NCBI GenBank assembly: GCA_016288795.1
Contig: JAEELI010000007.1
Location: 71,206 to 135,205, forward strand
DNA: 64,000 nt
Direction of reading: 5' to 3'
Origin: Bacillales bacterium
Lineage (GTDB): Bacteria > Bacillota_I > Bacilli_A > RF39 > UBA660
Shown: in pieces, positions 27,489-35,359 of the stretch
Layout of the letters: every line of letters starts with the position of its first letter
Numbering within the stretch: the first letter of the stretch is position 1
Position numbers and translations under genes: made by a program
The notes under the pieces: model-generated
Databases searched by the model: none
Told to the model about the DNA's origin: nothing
Seen by the model: only the letters and a program-made list of their open reading frames with translations

Positions 27489-29417
27489 CTATTTTTTCAT
27501 CAATTCAATAATAGTAGTCTTTAGAGAATCTATATTTAAATTATATTTATTTAAGAGTTCTTCTTTAGTTCCATTAGTAGTCCATCTATCAATACCTAAA
27601 ACATATTCTTCACTAGTTGCGTAACTATTCCATAAACCAGAACTTCCAAATTCCAAAGAAAATGTTTTTAGTTCTTTAGGTAATAGAGTCCATTTATATC
27701 TTTCACTTTGATTTTTGAATAATTCTTGACTAGGCATAGTAACTACTCTTAAATCTATACCATATGGGAACAATTCTTCCGCTAATTTAAGAGCAATTTC
27801 CACTTCTGTTCCTGTTGCAATAATAACACCATTAGCTTCGCCTTTTTCTCTTTTTATTCGATAAGCTCCCGCTACAACATATTTTGGATTGGTTCCAGTA
27901 AGTTTTTTCATAGAGCCAGAGCCAATTATTAAAGCACAAGGTTTATTCAATAAAGCCAAAATACTATAACTACCAATTATTTCGTTGATATCAGCTGGCC
28001 TAAAGGTAATTAACTTAGGAATTAATCTTAATGAATTAATTTCATCTATAGGTGAAAATCCTGTTTCATCATAAGTATTTAAGAAAGTATCATTTGTAAA
28101 CACATAATTGATATTTAACTCTTTAGCAGCAGCATTTTTAATAAATGGTTTTAAGTAAGATGAATGAATTAAAGGAGTTGCTACAAACACTTTAAAACCT
28201 AAATCAGCCAATCCATTTGTAATTCCACCCATAGCTAAAGAATATCCTTCAAAATCAATATTTCTATTAGTAGGATTATCCTTAGACATGGCGCCACTCT
28301 TCTTTATTGTCACCATTGTTTTACTTGAGTCGCTCGCACATAGAACATAAGGGCTTTTATTACCTAAAATATTAAATATTTTACTATTTCCCAGTAATAA
28401 TTCTTCTTCATAATTATCATTTAATTTTAAATTATCGACATTGAAATCAATTTTAATTTCTTTAGATTCAAGAAAATCTATAATGCTTTTTAATCTAATA
28501 TCCTCTAAAGATTCATCTTTCTCAGTGCTCCATTTACTTAATACTTTTTCCAATCTTTTAGAAACTACTTTATTAACTTCTTTATAATGATTAGAATCTA
28601 TTTCAAATGGAGCTTCGATATTCCACTTAGCTCTAAGGCTATTTAATTCATCATTAGTCATTATTCTATTTAAATTTGTATTATTCCATTCTTTATCTAA
28701 AACTTCTTCGATAATAACTACAGAAGGATTTTTAGAACTAATAGCATCATCAATAGCAGCATCAACAGAATTAAAATTATTACTCTTGGCATCAAATACA
28801 TCAAAATCTACGTTTTCTAAATACTCATAGATATCTTCTTTATAAATATCATTAGTCTTAGCCATATCATTAAACTGAGTTTTTATAGCAATTATAACTA
28901 ATTTGTTTAATTTTTCTTTATAAGCAAAAGACATTGATTCTTTAGCTAAGCCACTCATTAAATCTTCAAAACTACAAATACAAATAGAATTAAAATCAAT
29001 TAAATTAGATTTATTATTTTCTATCTTAACTAAATTAGCTAAATATCTTTCACCCAAAGAAGATCCAACTGCATAACTTATAATATCTCCATTCATAAAA
29101 CTAGAATTAATATAACCTGGAGTTTTAGAATCCAATTTTTTAAAATCTCGTAAATCATCAATATTATATTTTGATCCAAATATATGTAATACACTATAAT
29201 AAACTGGTAATAACTTTGAACTAATATATAGTCTATCTCTATTAATCCAATTGTCATTACTAAGATCATATTTTAAATGATTAAGAAATAAGGAATATAG
29301 AACTGGTGTGCCAGAAAAGACATAGCTTGCTTCACCACTTCCTGATTCTCTCATCATATCCAAAGATAACATCTTAATATCATTCATAACTAAATTATCT
29401 ATTTTGCTCATAAACAC
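27489..29417 (-). CDS. transketolase homologue lacking ThDP-, Mg- and catalytic residues (pseudoenzyme candidate)
   Basis: Full-length three-domain Tkt architecture (WINRDRL, SKTPG, RPADINE, GIDRW conserved). However GHPG becomes GSGE, SAGHGS becomes SSKLLP, GHPE becomes GYIN, GDGxxxEG becomes SFEDLMSG, DxN becomes IKT, the cofactor-activating E becomes S, and THD..GEDGPTH becomes TND..TYDETGF. Confidence 0.8.
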   Translation of the reverse strand: MFMSKIDNLVMNDIKMLSLDMMRESGSGEASYVFSGTPVLYSLFLNHLKYDLSNDNWINRDRLYISSKLLPVYYSVLHIFGSKYNIDDLRDFKKLDSKTPGYINSSFMNGDIISYAVGSSLGERYLANLVKIENNKSNLIDFNSICICSFEDLMSGLAKESMSFAYKEKLNKLVIIAIKTQFNDMAKTNDIYKEDIYEYLENVDFDVFDAKSNNFNSVDAAIDDAISSKNPSVVIIEEVLDKEWNNTNLNRIMTNDELNSLRAKWNIEAPFEIDSNHYKEVNKVVSKRLEKVLSKWSTEKDESLEDIRLKSIIDFLESKEIKIDFNVDNLKLNDNYEEELLLGNSKIFNILGNKSPYVLCASDSSKTMVTIKKSGAMSKDNPTNRNIDFEGYSLAMGGITNGLADLGFKVFVATPLIHSSYLKPFIKNAAAKELNINYVFTNDTFLNTYDETGFSPIDEINSLRLIPKLITFRPADINEIIGSYSILALLNKPCALIIGSGSMKKLTGTNPKYVVAGAYRIKREKGEANGVIIATGTEVEIALKLAEELFPYGIDLRVVTMPSQELFKNQSERYKWTLLPKELKTFSLEFGSSGLWNSYATSEEYVLGIDRWTTNGTKEELLNKYNLNIDSLKTTIIELMKK

Positions 29418-29420
29418 CTC

Positions 29421-30551
29421 TTAATTCTTATTAATTAAATTATTAATCTTTCTAACTGATTCATTTCGATCAAGTTTTAACATTCTTTCGTGCATTCTTT
29501 CGGTAATGCTCGAATTATTATCTAACATACTAATAATTCTCTTAAACTTCCATACTCCCCTAACTTTTATACCATATCTTTTTCGAGCCATGAACTTGGC
29601 ATTATATTTTTCTTGACCACCAACTCCTGGAACAAGAAGCATTGGTACATTCATTTCTAAACACTCAGTTACAGTCGCACCACCAGGTTTACTAATAACT
29701 AAATCACTAATTTTCATTAAATTGAAAACATCATTAGAATATCCTAAAACTTTGATATTTTTAATTCCTCTATCTTTAATAAATTTATCACATTTTCTCT
29801 TTAATTTATCATTTTTACCTGAGATAAAGATAATGTTCTTATCTATATTCATTTTAGCTATAGCTTTAAAATAATCATAGTAATACATGCTTCCTGAAGA
29901 ACTTCCTCCAAAGAAAAGATAGGTTTTTTTATCATTATTAATCTTATATCTTTTTTTAATTACCTCATCATCATCTAAATCTTTAATTTGATTTAAATTT
30001 AAAGGCAAACCAAAAGAATAAATCTTTTTCTTATCAATTCCTCTTTTAATTAATTCTTCTTTAACTATATCATTACCTACTATAAAACCGGTTTCTTTTT
30101 CATGATTTTTAGTCCATATTACATGTGATCTATAATCTGTAATTATTGTATACAATTTAGTATTAATAATATTTAAATCATTATAATATGTAATAATATT
30201 ACTACAATAAAAATGACTAGATATAACAATATCTGGATTATAATCAGTGATTACTTGACGTAATCTAGGATTATCATAACTTCTTCTAGCGAATCGATTG
30301 TGTCCTAAGGAAGATATTTTATGATCCATTATTTCATAACAAAAATTGAAAATTAATTCAGGTCTATGTTTAGCAACAAATTCCATTGCACGGATACCAA
30401 TTTTACCAAATCTATTTGCATAATCAGTTATGTCTAATAACTTTACTTCGCAACTATCATTATTTTCTTTAATATAGTTTGCAACATATTCAGCAATTTT
30501 CGTATGACCAGAACCATATCTAGCCGATAAAACTAATAATTTCTTCTTCAT
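29421..30551 (-). CDS. ugtP: diacylglycerol glycosyltransferase (UgtP/MGDG-synthase-like, GT28)
   Basis: LVLSARYGSGHTKIA N-terminus and KPGGATVTECLEMNVPMLLV..GQEKYNAKF C-terminal motif. Confidence 0.85.
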   Translation of the reverse strand: MKKKLLVLSARYGSGHTKIAEYVANYIKENNDSCEVKLLDITDYANRFGKIGIRAMEFVAKHRPELIFNFCYEIMDHKISSLGHNRFARRSYDNPRLRQVITDYNPDIVISSHFYCSNIITYYNDLNIINTKLYTIITDYRSHVIWTKNHEKETGFIVGNDIVKEELIKRGIDKKKIYSFGLPLNLNQIKDLDDDEVIKKRYKINNDKKTYLFFGGSSSGSMYYYDYFKAIAKMNIDKNIIFISGKNDKLKRKCDKFIKDRGIKNIKVLGYSNDVFNLMKISDLVISKPGGATVTECLEMNVPMLLVPGVGGQEKYNAKFMARKRYGIKVRGVWKFKRIISMLDNNSSITERMHERMLKLDRNESVRKINNLINKN

Positions 30552-30605
30552 ATTATTACCTTCATACTAATTATTATAATATTTTTTCGAAAATAAAACA
30601 ATGAA

Positions 30606-30758
30606 TTATTCATTCATTGTTATATATACAGAATTATTATTTGCTCTTTCTAAGCCATTTAAATATGAGAATCTCTGATTCAAAATCAATACTCCAATGA
30701 TTATTACCGAATAAAATAGTAATAATCCTCCAACGTTTGCCAAAATCTTTTTCATCAT
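30606..30758 (-). CDS. 50-aa single-TM protein divergent from lexA (candidate SOS-induced cell-division inhibitor)
   Basis: Not in the ORF track. AAGGAGA RBS followed by ATGATG gives MMKKILANVGGLLLFYSVIIIGVLILNQRFSYLNGLERANNNSVYITMNE*. Its promoter is TTGACA-17-TAAGAT with a LexA box in the spacer. Confidence 0.55.
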   Translation of the reverse strand: MMKKILANVGGLLLFYSVIIIGVLILNQRFSYLNGLERANNNSVYITMNE

Positions 30759-30791
30759 ACCACTCTCCTTCTTTACAATATCATCTTATCA

Positions 30792-30805
30792 AAAACATTT
30801 GTTCG
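30792..30805 (-). promoter_or_regulatory. LexA (Cheo-type) box 1, in the spacer of the minus-strand promoter
   Basis: Minus strand reads CGAACAAATGTTTT, compared with the Firmicutes consensus CGAAC-N4-GTTCG. Confidence 0.6.
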
Positions 30806-30819
30806 TGTCAATAAAAACA

Positions 30820-30865
30820 AAAACAAATGTTTGACATTTTACAAATCATATTGTAAAATAAATTT
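30820..30865 (+). promoter_or_regulatory. lexA promoter with LexA box 2 overlapping the -35
   Basis: AAACAAATGTTTG (30821-30833) overlaps TTGACA (30831-30836), followed by a 17-nt spacer and TAAAAT. AGGAGG precedes the ATG at 30876. Confidence 0.55.
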
Positions 30866-30875
30866 AGGAGGTCAT

Positions 30876-31499
30876 ATGAAAGGAACCGAAATAACTAAAA
30901 GACAAAAGGAAGTCTTAGATTATATCAAAAAATATATTGCAGATCATGGTTATCCACCTGCTATTAGAGAAATATGTAAAGGTGTCAATTTATCTAGTCC
31001 TGCTACTGTTTTTGTTCATATGAAGAATCTAGAAAGCCTTGGCTACATTAAAACTACTAGTAATAAATTTAGAACTATTGAAATAGTTGGAGATAATGAG
31101 TTTTTGGAAACTAATGAAGATATTGTAAAAGTTCCATTACTTGGTAAAATTACTGCAGGTTCACCTATAACTGCAATTGAACAACCTAATGAATTTTTTG
31201 ATATTCCTGCTTCACTCATTCCGGCAGCAGCTACTGTATTTACTCTTCACGTAAGCGGCGAATCAATGATTAATGCAGGTATATATGATGGAGATTATGT
31301 TATAGTTCAAAAACAAAACACCGCTAAAAATGGGGATATTGTAGTAGCAATGACTGAAGAAAATGAGGCAACTATTAAAACATTTTATAAAGAAAAGGAT
31401 CATATAAGATTACAACCAGAAAATGACACTATGGAACCTATAATCCTTCCTAATTGCACTATTCTTGGAAAAGCAATTGGTTTATATCGAAAGTTTTAA
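30876..31499 (+). CDS. lexA: LexA repressor
   Basis: wHTH region (TKRQKEVLDYIKKYIADHGYPPAIREI), AG cleavage site (KITAGSP), and S24 residues GESM and ATIKTF (Lys). The start is at MKGTE; the 15-codon TTG extension in the track covers the promoter. Confidence 0.95.
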   Translation: MKGTEITKRQKEVLDYIKKYIADHGYPPAIREICKGVNLSSPATVFVHMKNLESLGYIKTTSNKFRTIEIVGDNEFLETNEDIVKVPLLGKITAGSPITAIEQPNEFFDIPASLIPAAATVFTLHVSGESMINAGIYDGDYVIVQKQNTAKNGDIVVAMTEENEATIKTFYKEKDHIRLQPENDTMEPIILPNCTILGKAIGLYRKF

Positions 31500-31528
31500 A
31501 AAAGATATCTTTAAGATATCTTTTTTTA
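31500..31528. terminator. bidirectional terminator between lexA and ylbL
   Basis: AAAGATAT-CTTTAAG-ATATCTTT flanked by A- and T-runs. Confidence 0.7.
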
Positions 31529-31549
31529 TTGAATTATAAAATAAAAAGA

Positions 31550-32557
31550 TTATTTGTTATTCAAATAATCTATTGCGTCTTTTAAAGTCTTCACACTAAC
31601 TACTTCTAATTTTAATTTTCTTTTCTTTTTTATTTTCAAAGCTTCTTTATAATTTTCCTTAGGGCAAAAGAATATATCTGCTTTTGCCTTTTCTGCTGCT
31701 AGTATTTTATATTTGACTCCTCCAATTTCTTGAACATTGCCCAAAGAATCAATTGACCCTGTTCCGACAATATTTAATCCCTTAGTAATATCTTCTTTAG
31801 TCAATGCATTGTATATTGCCAAAGACATCATTAATCCCCCGCTAGAACCAGATTCGTTATTTTTCATTTTCAAAGAAATTGGAATTTCTGTTTCATACTC
31901 GTAGCTTGTCTTATAAGCCACACCAATTTTTAAAGTGTTATCACTTTCTAAATAAATTTTTGCTTTCCTTTTATACTCTTTTTGGTTATTGATAACTTCA
32001 ATATTAATAGTATCTCCTTCTTTAAAAGAATTTATAATATTTTTAAGAACCTCAGGACTATCTATTACTTCTCCTTCAACCCCGACTATTTGATCACCTA
32101 TTTCAATATCTGTTTTGGCCTTTTTTCCAATAGCCACAACGTTAATTATTGTTTTATTAATAGTTATTGAATAATCAGATTCATTAAAGGCTGAGATAAT
32201 CGCATTATCTATGCCTTCATTTAGATTAACCTTAGCCTTTTTTATTTCTTCATCATAATTACTTTCATTGGTAACTTCTTTAAGAGGTTTTAAATCCCAA
32301 TCAGGTAAAATATAAGATAAGGCCATGAAAGGAATAGTTCCTTTCATCGTAGTTACATAACTCATACTCAAACTACCTTTTTGGGTATATTTTTTATCAA
32401 TCTTAACTCTATCTGCTAAGTTAATCGTTCCACCAGTTCTATAAATAACATATGGGAATTCATAGTAAAACAAAAAAATAATTATTATTATAGATAATAA
32501 AAATTTATAATTATATTTAATATAGTTTTTTACTTTATCATATATTTTACTAAACAT
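31550..32557 (-). CDS. ylbL: YlbL-like membrane-anchored PDZ plus Lon-type (S16) protease domain protein
   Basis: N-terminal TM segment, PDZ (IGDQIVGVEGEVI), and a Lon Ser-Lys dyad context (GSSGGLMMSLAIYNAL, GGVKYKILAAEKA). Confidence 0.85.
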   Translation of the reverse strand: MFSKIYDKVKNYIKYNYKFLLSIIIIIFLFYYEFPYVIYRTGGTINLADRVKIDKKYTQKGSLSMSYVTTMKGTIPFMALSYILPDWDLKPLKEVTNESNYDEEIKKAKVNLNEGIDNAIISAFNESDYSITINKTIINVVAIGKKAKTDIEIGDQIVGVEGEVIDSPEVLKNIINSFKEGDTINIEVINNQKEYKRKAKIYLESDNTLKIGVAYKTSYEYETEIPISLKMKNNESGSSGGLMMSLAIYNALTKEDITKGLNIVGTGSIDSLGNVQEIGGVKYKILAAEKAKADIFFCPKENYKEALKIKKKRKLKLEVVSVKTLKDAIDYLNNK

Positions 32558-32596
32558 ATCATCACCGCATTTATTATAGCACGTTAAGGACTATTT

Positions 32597-33508
32597 ATGA
32601 ATAAAGGAAAAGAATATTTCACAATTATTTCTATATTAATTATATATATTATAGTATTTAAATATAATTATATTTTAAATACTAGTATCATGGATGCAAT
32701 GCATCTCTGGTTAACCAAGTTATTTCCTTCTCTATTTATTATGTTTATATTGAGTAATATTACTATTACAAGTGGCATATTAAAGAAAATTACATCTCCA
32801 TTAAATAATTCTTTTAATAGAATATTTAAAACTAATGGAGATGCCTTTGAGTGTGTTTTAATATCTATTATAAGTGGTTGTCCAACTTCTTCCTTAATTA
32901 TAAAAGAAATGTTAAATAATACAAGAATAGATGAAAGAACCGCTAATAATCTATTAACTTGGGCATTTTGGACTAATCCTTTGTTCTTGTATAAAGTATT
33001 GACAATTATTTTCAATAAATCTATCACATTTAAAATAATTATTGCCCATTATATTACTCCTTTTATCATTGGTATTACTAGTCCAAGCAATTATAAAGAA
33101 AATATGTGTATAAATAATAATAACTTTACTAATCCCGTAAAGTGTCTTCCTAAGGCTATCAATGAAGCCATGAAGACTATGCTGATGATACTAGGAACTA
33201 TTACTTTTTATATGATTATTACTAATTTAATAACTGTATATTTAAAAGATAGTATTATATTAACTGCAGTGGTAAAGGGGTTATTAGAAATAACCCAAGG
33301 GTTAAATAGTTTAATAAATATGAATGGGAGTCCAATAATAAAAGAGATTATTGCTTTAACAACAATCTCCTTTGGGGGGTTATCTATTCATACCCAAGTT
33401 AATTCAATCATATCAGATTCAAAATTAAATTATAAATATTTTCTTCTAGGAAGAATTAAACATACTCTCTATAGTTTAATAATCTTCCTATTGCTTAAAA
33501 TACTTTGA
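32597..33508 (+). CDS. ylbJ: YlbJ-like integral membrane protein (nucleoside-recognition/Gate domains)
   Basis: Polytopic, 303 aa. Its adjacency to ylbL mirrors the Bacillus ylbJ-ylbL neighbourhood. Confidence 0.65.
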   Translation: MNKGKEYFTIISILIIYIIVFKYNYILNTSIMDAMHLWLTKLFPSLFIMFILSNITITSGILKKITSPLNNSFNRIFKTNGDAFECVLISIISGCPTSSLIIKEMLNNTRIDERTANNLLTWAFWTNPLFLYKVLTIIFNKSITFKIIIAHYITPFIIGITSPSNYKENMCINNNNFTNPVKCLPKAINEAMKTMLMILGTITFYMIITNLITVYLKDSIILTAVVKGLLEITQGLNSLINMNGSPIIKEIIALTTISFGGLSIHTQVNSIISDSKLNYKYFLLGRIKHTLYSLIIFLLLKIL

Positions 33509-34060
33509 GAAAGATATTTCAATATCGTCTACTTCATTATTTGATTCAGCACAGTTAAGTTCATTAAATGGCTTATTATAAACAAATAAACGAACTTTAA
33601 AATACATATAATTATTAGTTTGATGCATTTCAATAATGTTAGTATTAGTTAAATCTATAATGGCATCTTTAATTTTCCAAGTTTGAACATTATCTTTATC
33701 TACATCTGTATATTTAACAAAATAGTTATCTGATGAATCTTTCCATGCTTCTAGAGTTGAAACTTGACTAGAAGCATTTCCACCTTCAGAACGGTTTAAT
33801 GCCCAAGTAAATGTAACAGTTACTCTATTAGATGATGTTGAACTAGTTACATTTTTTAATTCATATCTATGTAAATCATTTTGAACATTATATACAATTT
33901 CAGCTTTATTGACTTGATTATTATATGCATAATTATTATTAGATGTCTCATTTCTTAGATCAACTAATAATCTAAATAAGAATACCAAAACTATACTTAT
34001 TAAAACAACACTGACAATTATTTCGACTAAAGTCATACCTTTATTATCTAACTTTTTCAT
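33488..34060 (-). CDS. prepilin-type N-terminal cleavage/methylation domain protein (pilin-like 3)
   Basis: MKKLDNKG/MTLVEIIVSVVLISIVL has the class III signal with Glu+5. The ATG at 34060 overlaps the upstream TAA (TAATG); the track start 11 codons upstream is unlikely. Confidence 0.8.
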   Translation of the reverse strand: MKKLDNKGMTLVEIIVSVVLISIVLVFLFRLLVDLRNETSNNNYAYNNQVNKAEIVYNVQNDLHRYELKNVTSSTSSNRVTVTFTWALNRSEGGNASSQVSTLEAWKDSSDNYFVKYTDVDKDNVQTWKIKDAIIDLTNTNIIEMHQTNNYMYFKVRLFVYNKPFNELNCAESNNEVDDIEISFSKYFKQ

Positions 34061-34644
34061 TAAGCACCTGCTTTCGTAAATACTGCGGTGCATTCAGTAG
34101 TTTTGGTGTCAGGAATTGTCCACGCTCTTGTCGTTGCATTAAAACTAATTGATACCCCATTTGTGCAACTTGCTGAAGTAAGGTTATATTCAACTCCTGG
34201 AGTTGAATACGCTAATTCTTGTTCAGCTGAAGCATTTTCTTTTGTATAAATATTAAAAGTCACTCTAGTATATTTCTTAGATAAATAAGCATAGCAATAT
34301 ACACGGCATTTAGAAGATACTGCTAGTCTATCACCATCCATAGTTATTGTTGGTGTTCCACACTCTTCATCACTCATTTTTTCACAATAACTTCCACTAT
34401 CAAGCTTATGCTCATATAGTTTTACATATCTTTTTAATTCATAATTACTTCCGTTTTTAACTAAAGTATATAAGTTAATATCTGCACTTATTTCTCTATT
34501 TAAATCTTCTTTTAATTGATTCTTGAATGATTCCAATTGATTTCTTCTTGAAGAGTAACTATTTAGTAAAAATATCATCAATAACAAGAACAATATAAAG
34601 AAAGTATAAATTAATGCAGTTGAAACAAATCCATTCTTTTTCAT
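34060..34644 (-). CDS. pilin-like protein 2 (prepilin-like N-terminus without Glu+5; two 2-Cys beta-domains)
   Basis: MKKNG/FVSTALIYTFFILFLLL. Two repeats follow the pattern Y.L...SxC...C..(Y/V)(L/F). ATGA overlap with the upstream gene. Confidence 0.7.
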   Translation of the reverse strand: MKKNGFVSTALIYTFFILFLLLMIFLLNSYSSRRNQLESFKNQLKEDLNREISADINLYTLVKNGSNYELKRYVKLYEHKLDSGSYCEKMSDEECGTPTITMDGDRLAVSSKCRVYCYAYLSKKYTRVTFNIYTKENASAEQELAYSTPGVEYNLTSASCTNGVSISFNATTRAWTIPDTKTTECTAVFTKAGA

Positions 34645-35270
34645 GCTTTAACACTCACCCAACTATAATAATTTCTACATACATTGTTGCTAGTGCATGA
34701 TTCATATTCACTAACTAATATATCTGTAGTTTGTAGCCCATCTTCAATATAAATTGATCTAATGTATAATAAGAAAGCTTGACTTAATGGTAACTTAGCA
34801 ATTTCTTGGCATCTAGTATCAGTAGGAAATTTAGAAAAATCCCCGCTTCGTGGAATACATGATTTAATGTCACTAAGTTTTCCTGTATATAATAAAATAT
34901 TAGTTACCGCATCAAAATCATTCATCATATTTGTAACAAAGCCAATTTTCTCTTTAGTTTCATCATCTGTACTAACAGAATCTATCTTTAATAAATTACT
35001 TTGACCAATAACTTTAATACCAGATTTAACTCTAGAAGTATCATTTTCCATCTCTAAATTAAAATCATTAACAAAGCTGCCTAATCCAACTTCTTCTAAT
35101 TCTTCTCTAATATACCAAGAACGATATATATAATTGAAATCATCATAATATACCCTGGTTTTTTCATTTTGAAGAATTCTATGAAATGAAGAATATAAGA
35201 GAATTAAAGCTGTAGTTAAGATTATTATAGATACTATGGTTTCAACAAAAACAAATCCATTTTTCTTCAT
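34641..35270 (-). CDS. prepilin-type N-terminal cleavage/methylation domain protein (pilin-like 1)
   Basis: MKKNG/FVFVETIVSIIILTTALILL (G-1, F+1, E+5). It has its own promoter, TTGATA-17-TATAAT, at about 35295-35325. Confidence 0.8.
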   Translation of the reverse strand: MKKNGFVFVETIVSIIILTTALILLYSSFHRILQNEKTRVYYDDFNYIYRSWYIREELEEVGLGSFVNDFNLEMENDTSRVKSGIKVIGQSNLLKIDSVSTDDETKEKIGFVTNMMNDFDAVTNILLYTGKLSDIKSCIPRSGDFSKFPTDTRCQEIAKLPLSQAFLLYIRSIYIEDGLQTTDILVSEYESCTSNNVCRNYYSWVSVKA

Positions 35271-35359
35271 ATTACTCTTCCCTATCCTTAAGAAGATTAT
35301 ATCTCAAAAGTCAACATTTATCAATAAAGTTTATCAAAAAATAAAAGCTATTTTAGATA

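Noticed and set aside
33374-33379. G6 run inside ylbJ-like as a second slippage tract
   Set aside because: It is only 6 nt long, encodes Gly-Gly within a conserved membrane protein, and lies in an intact frame. Nothing suggests contingency behaviour.
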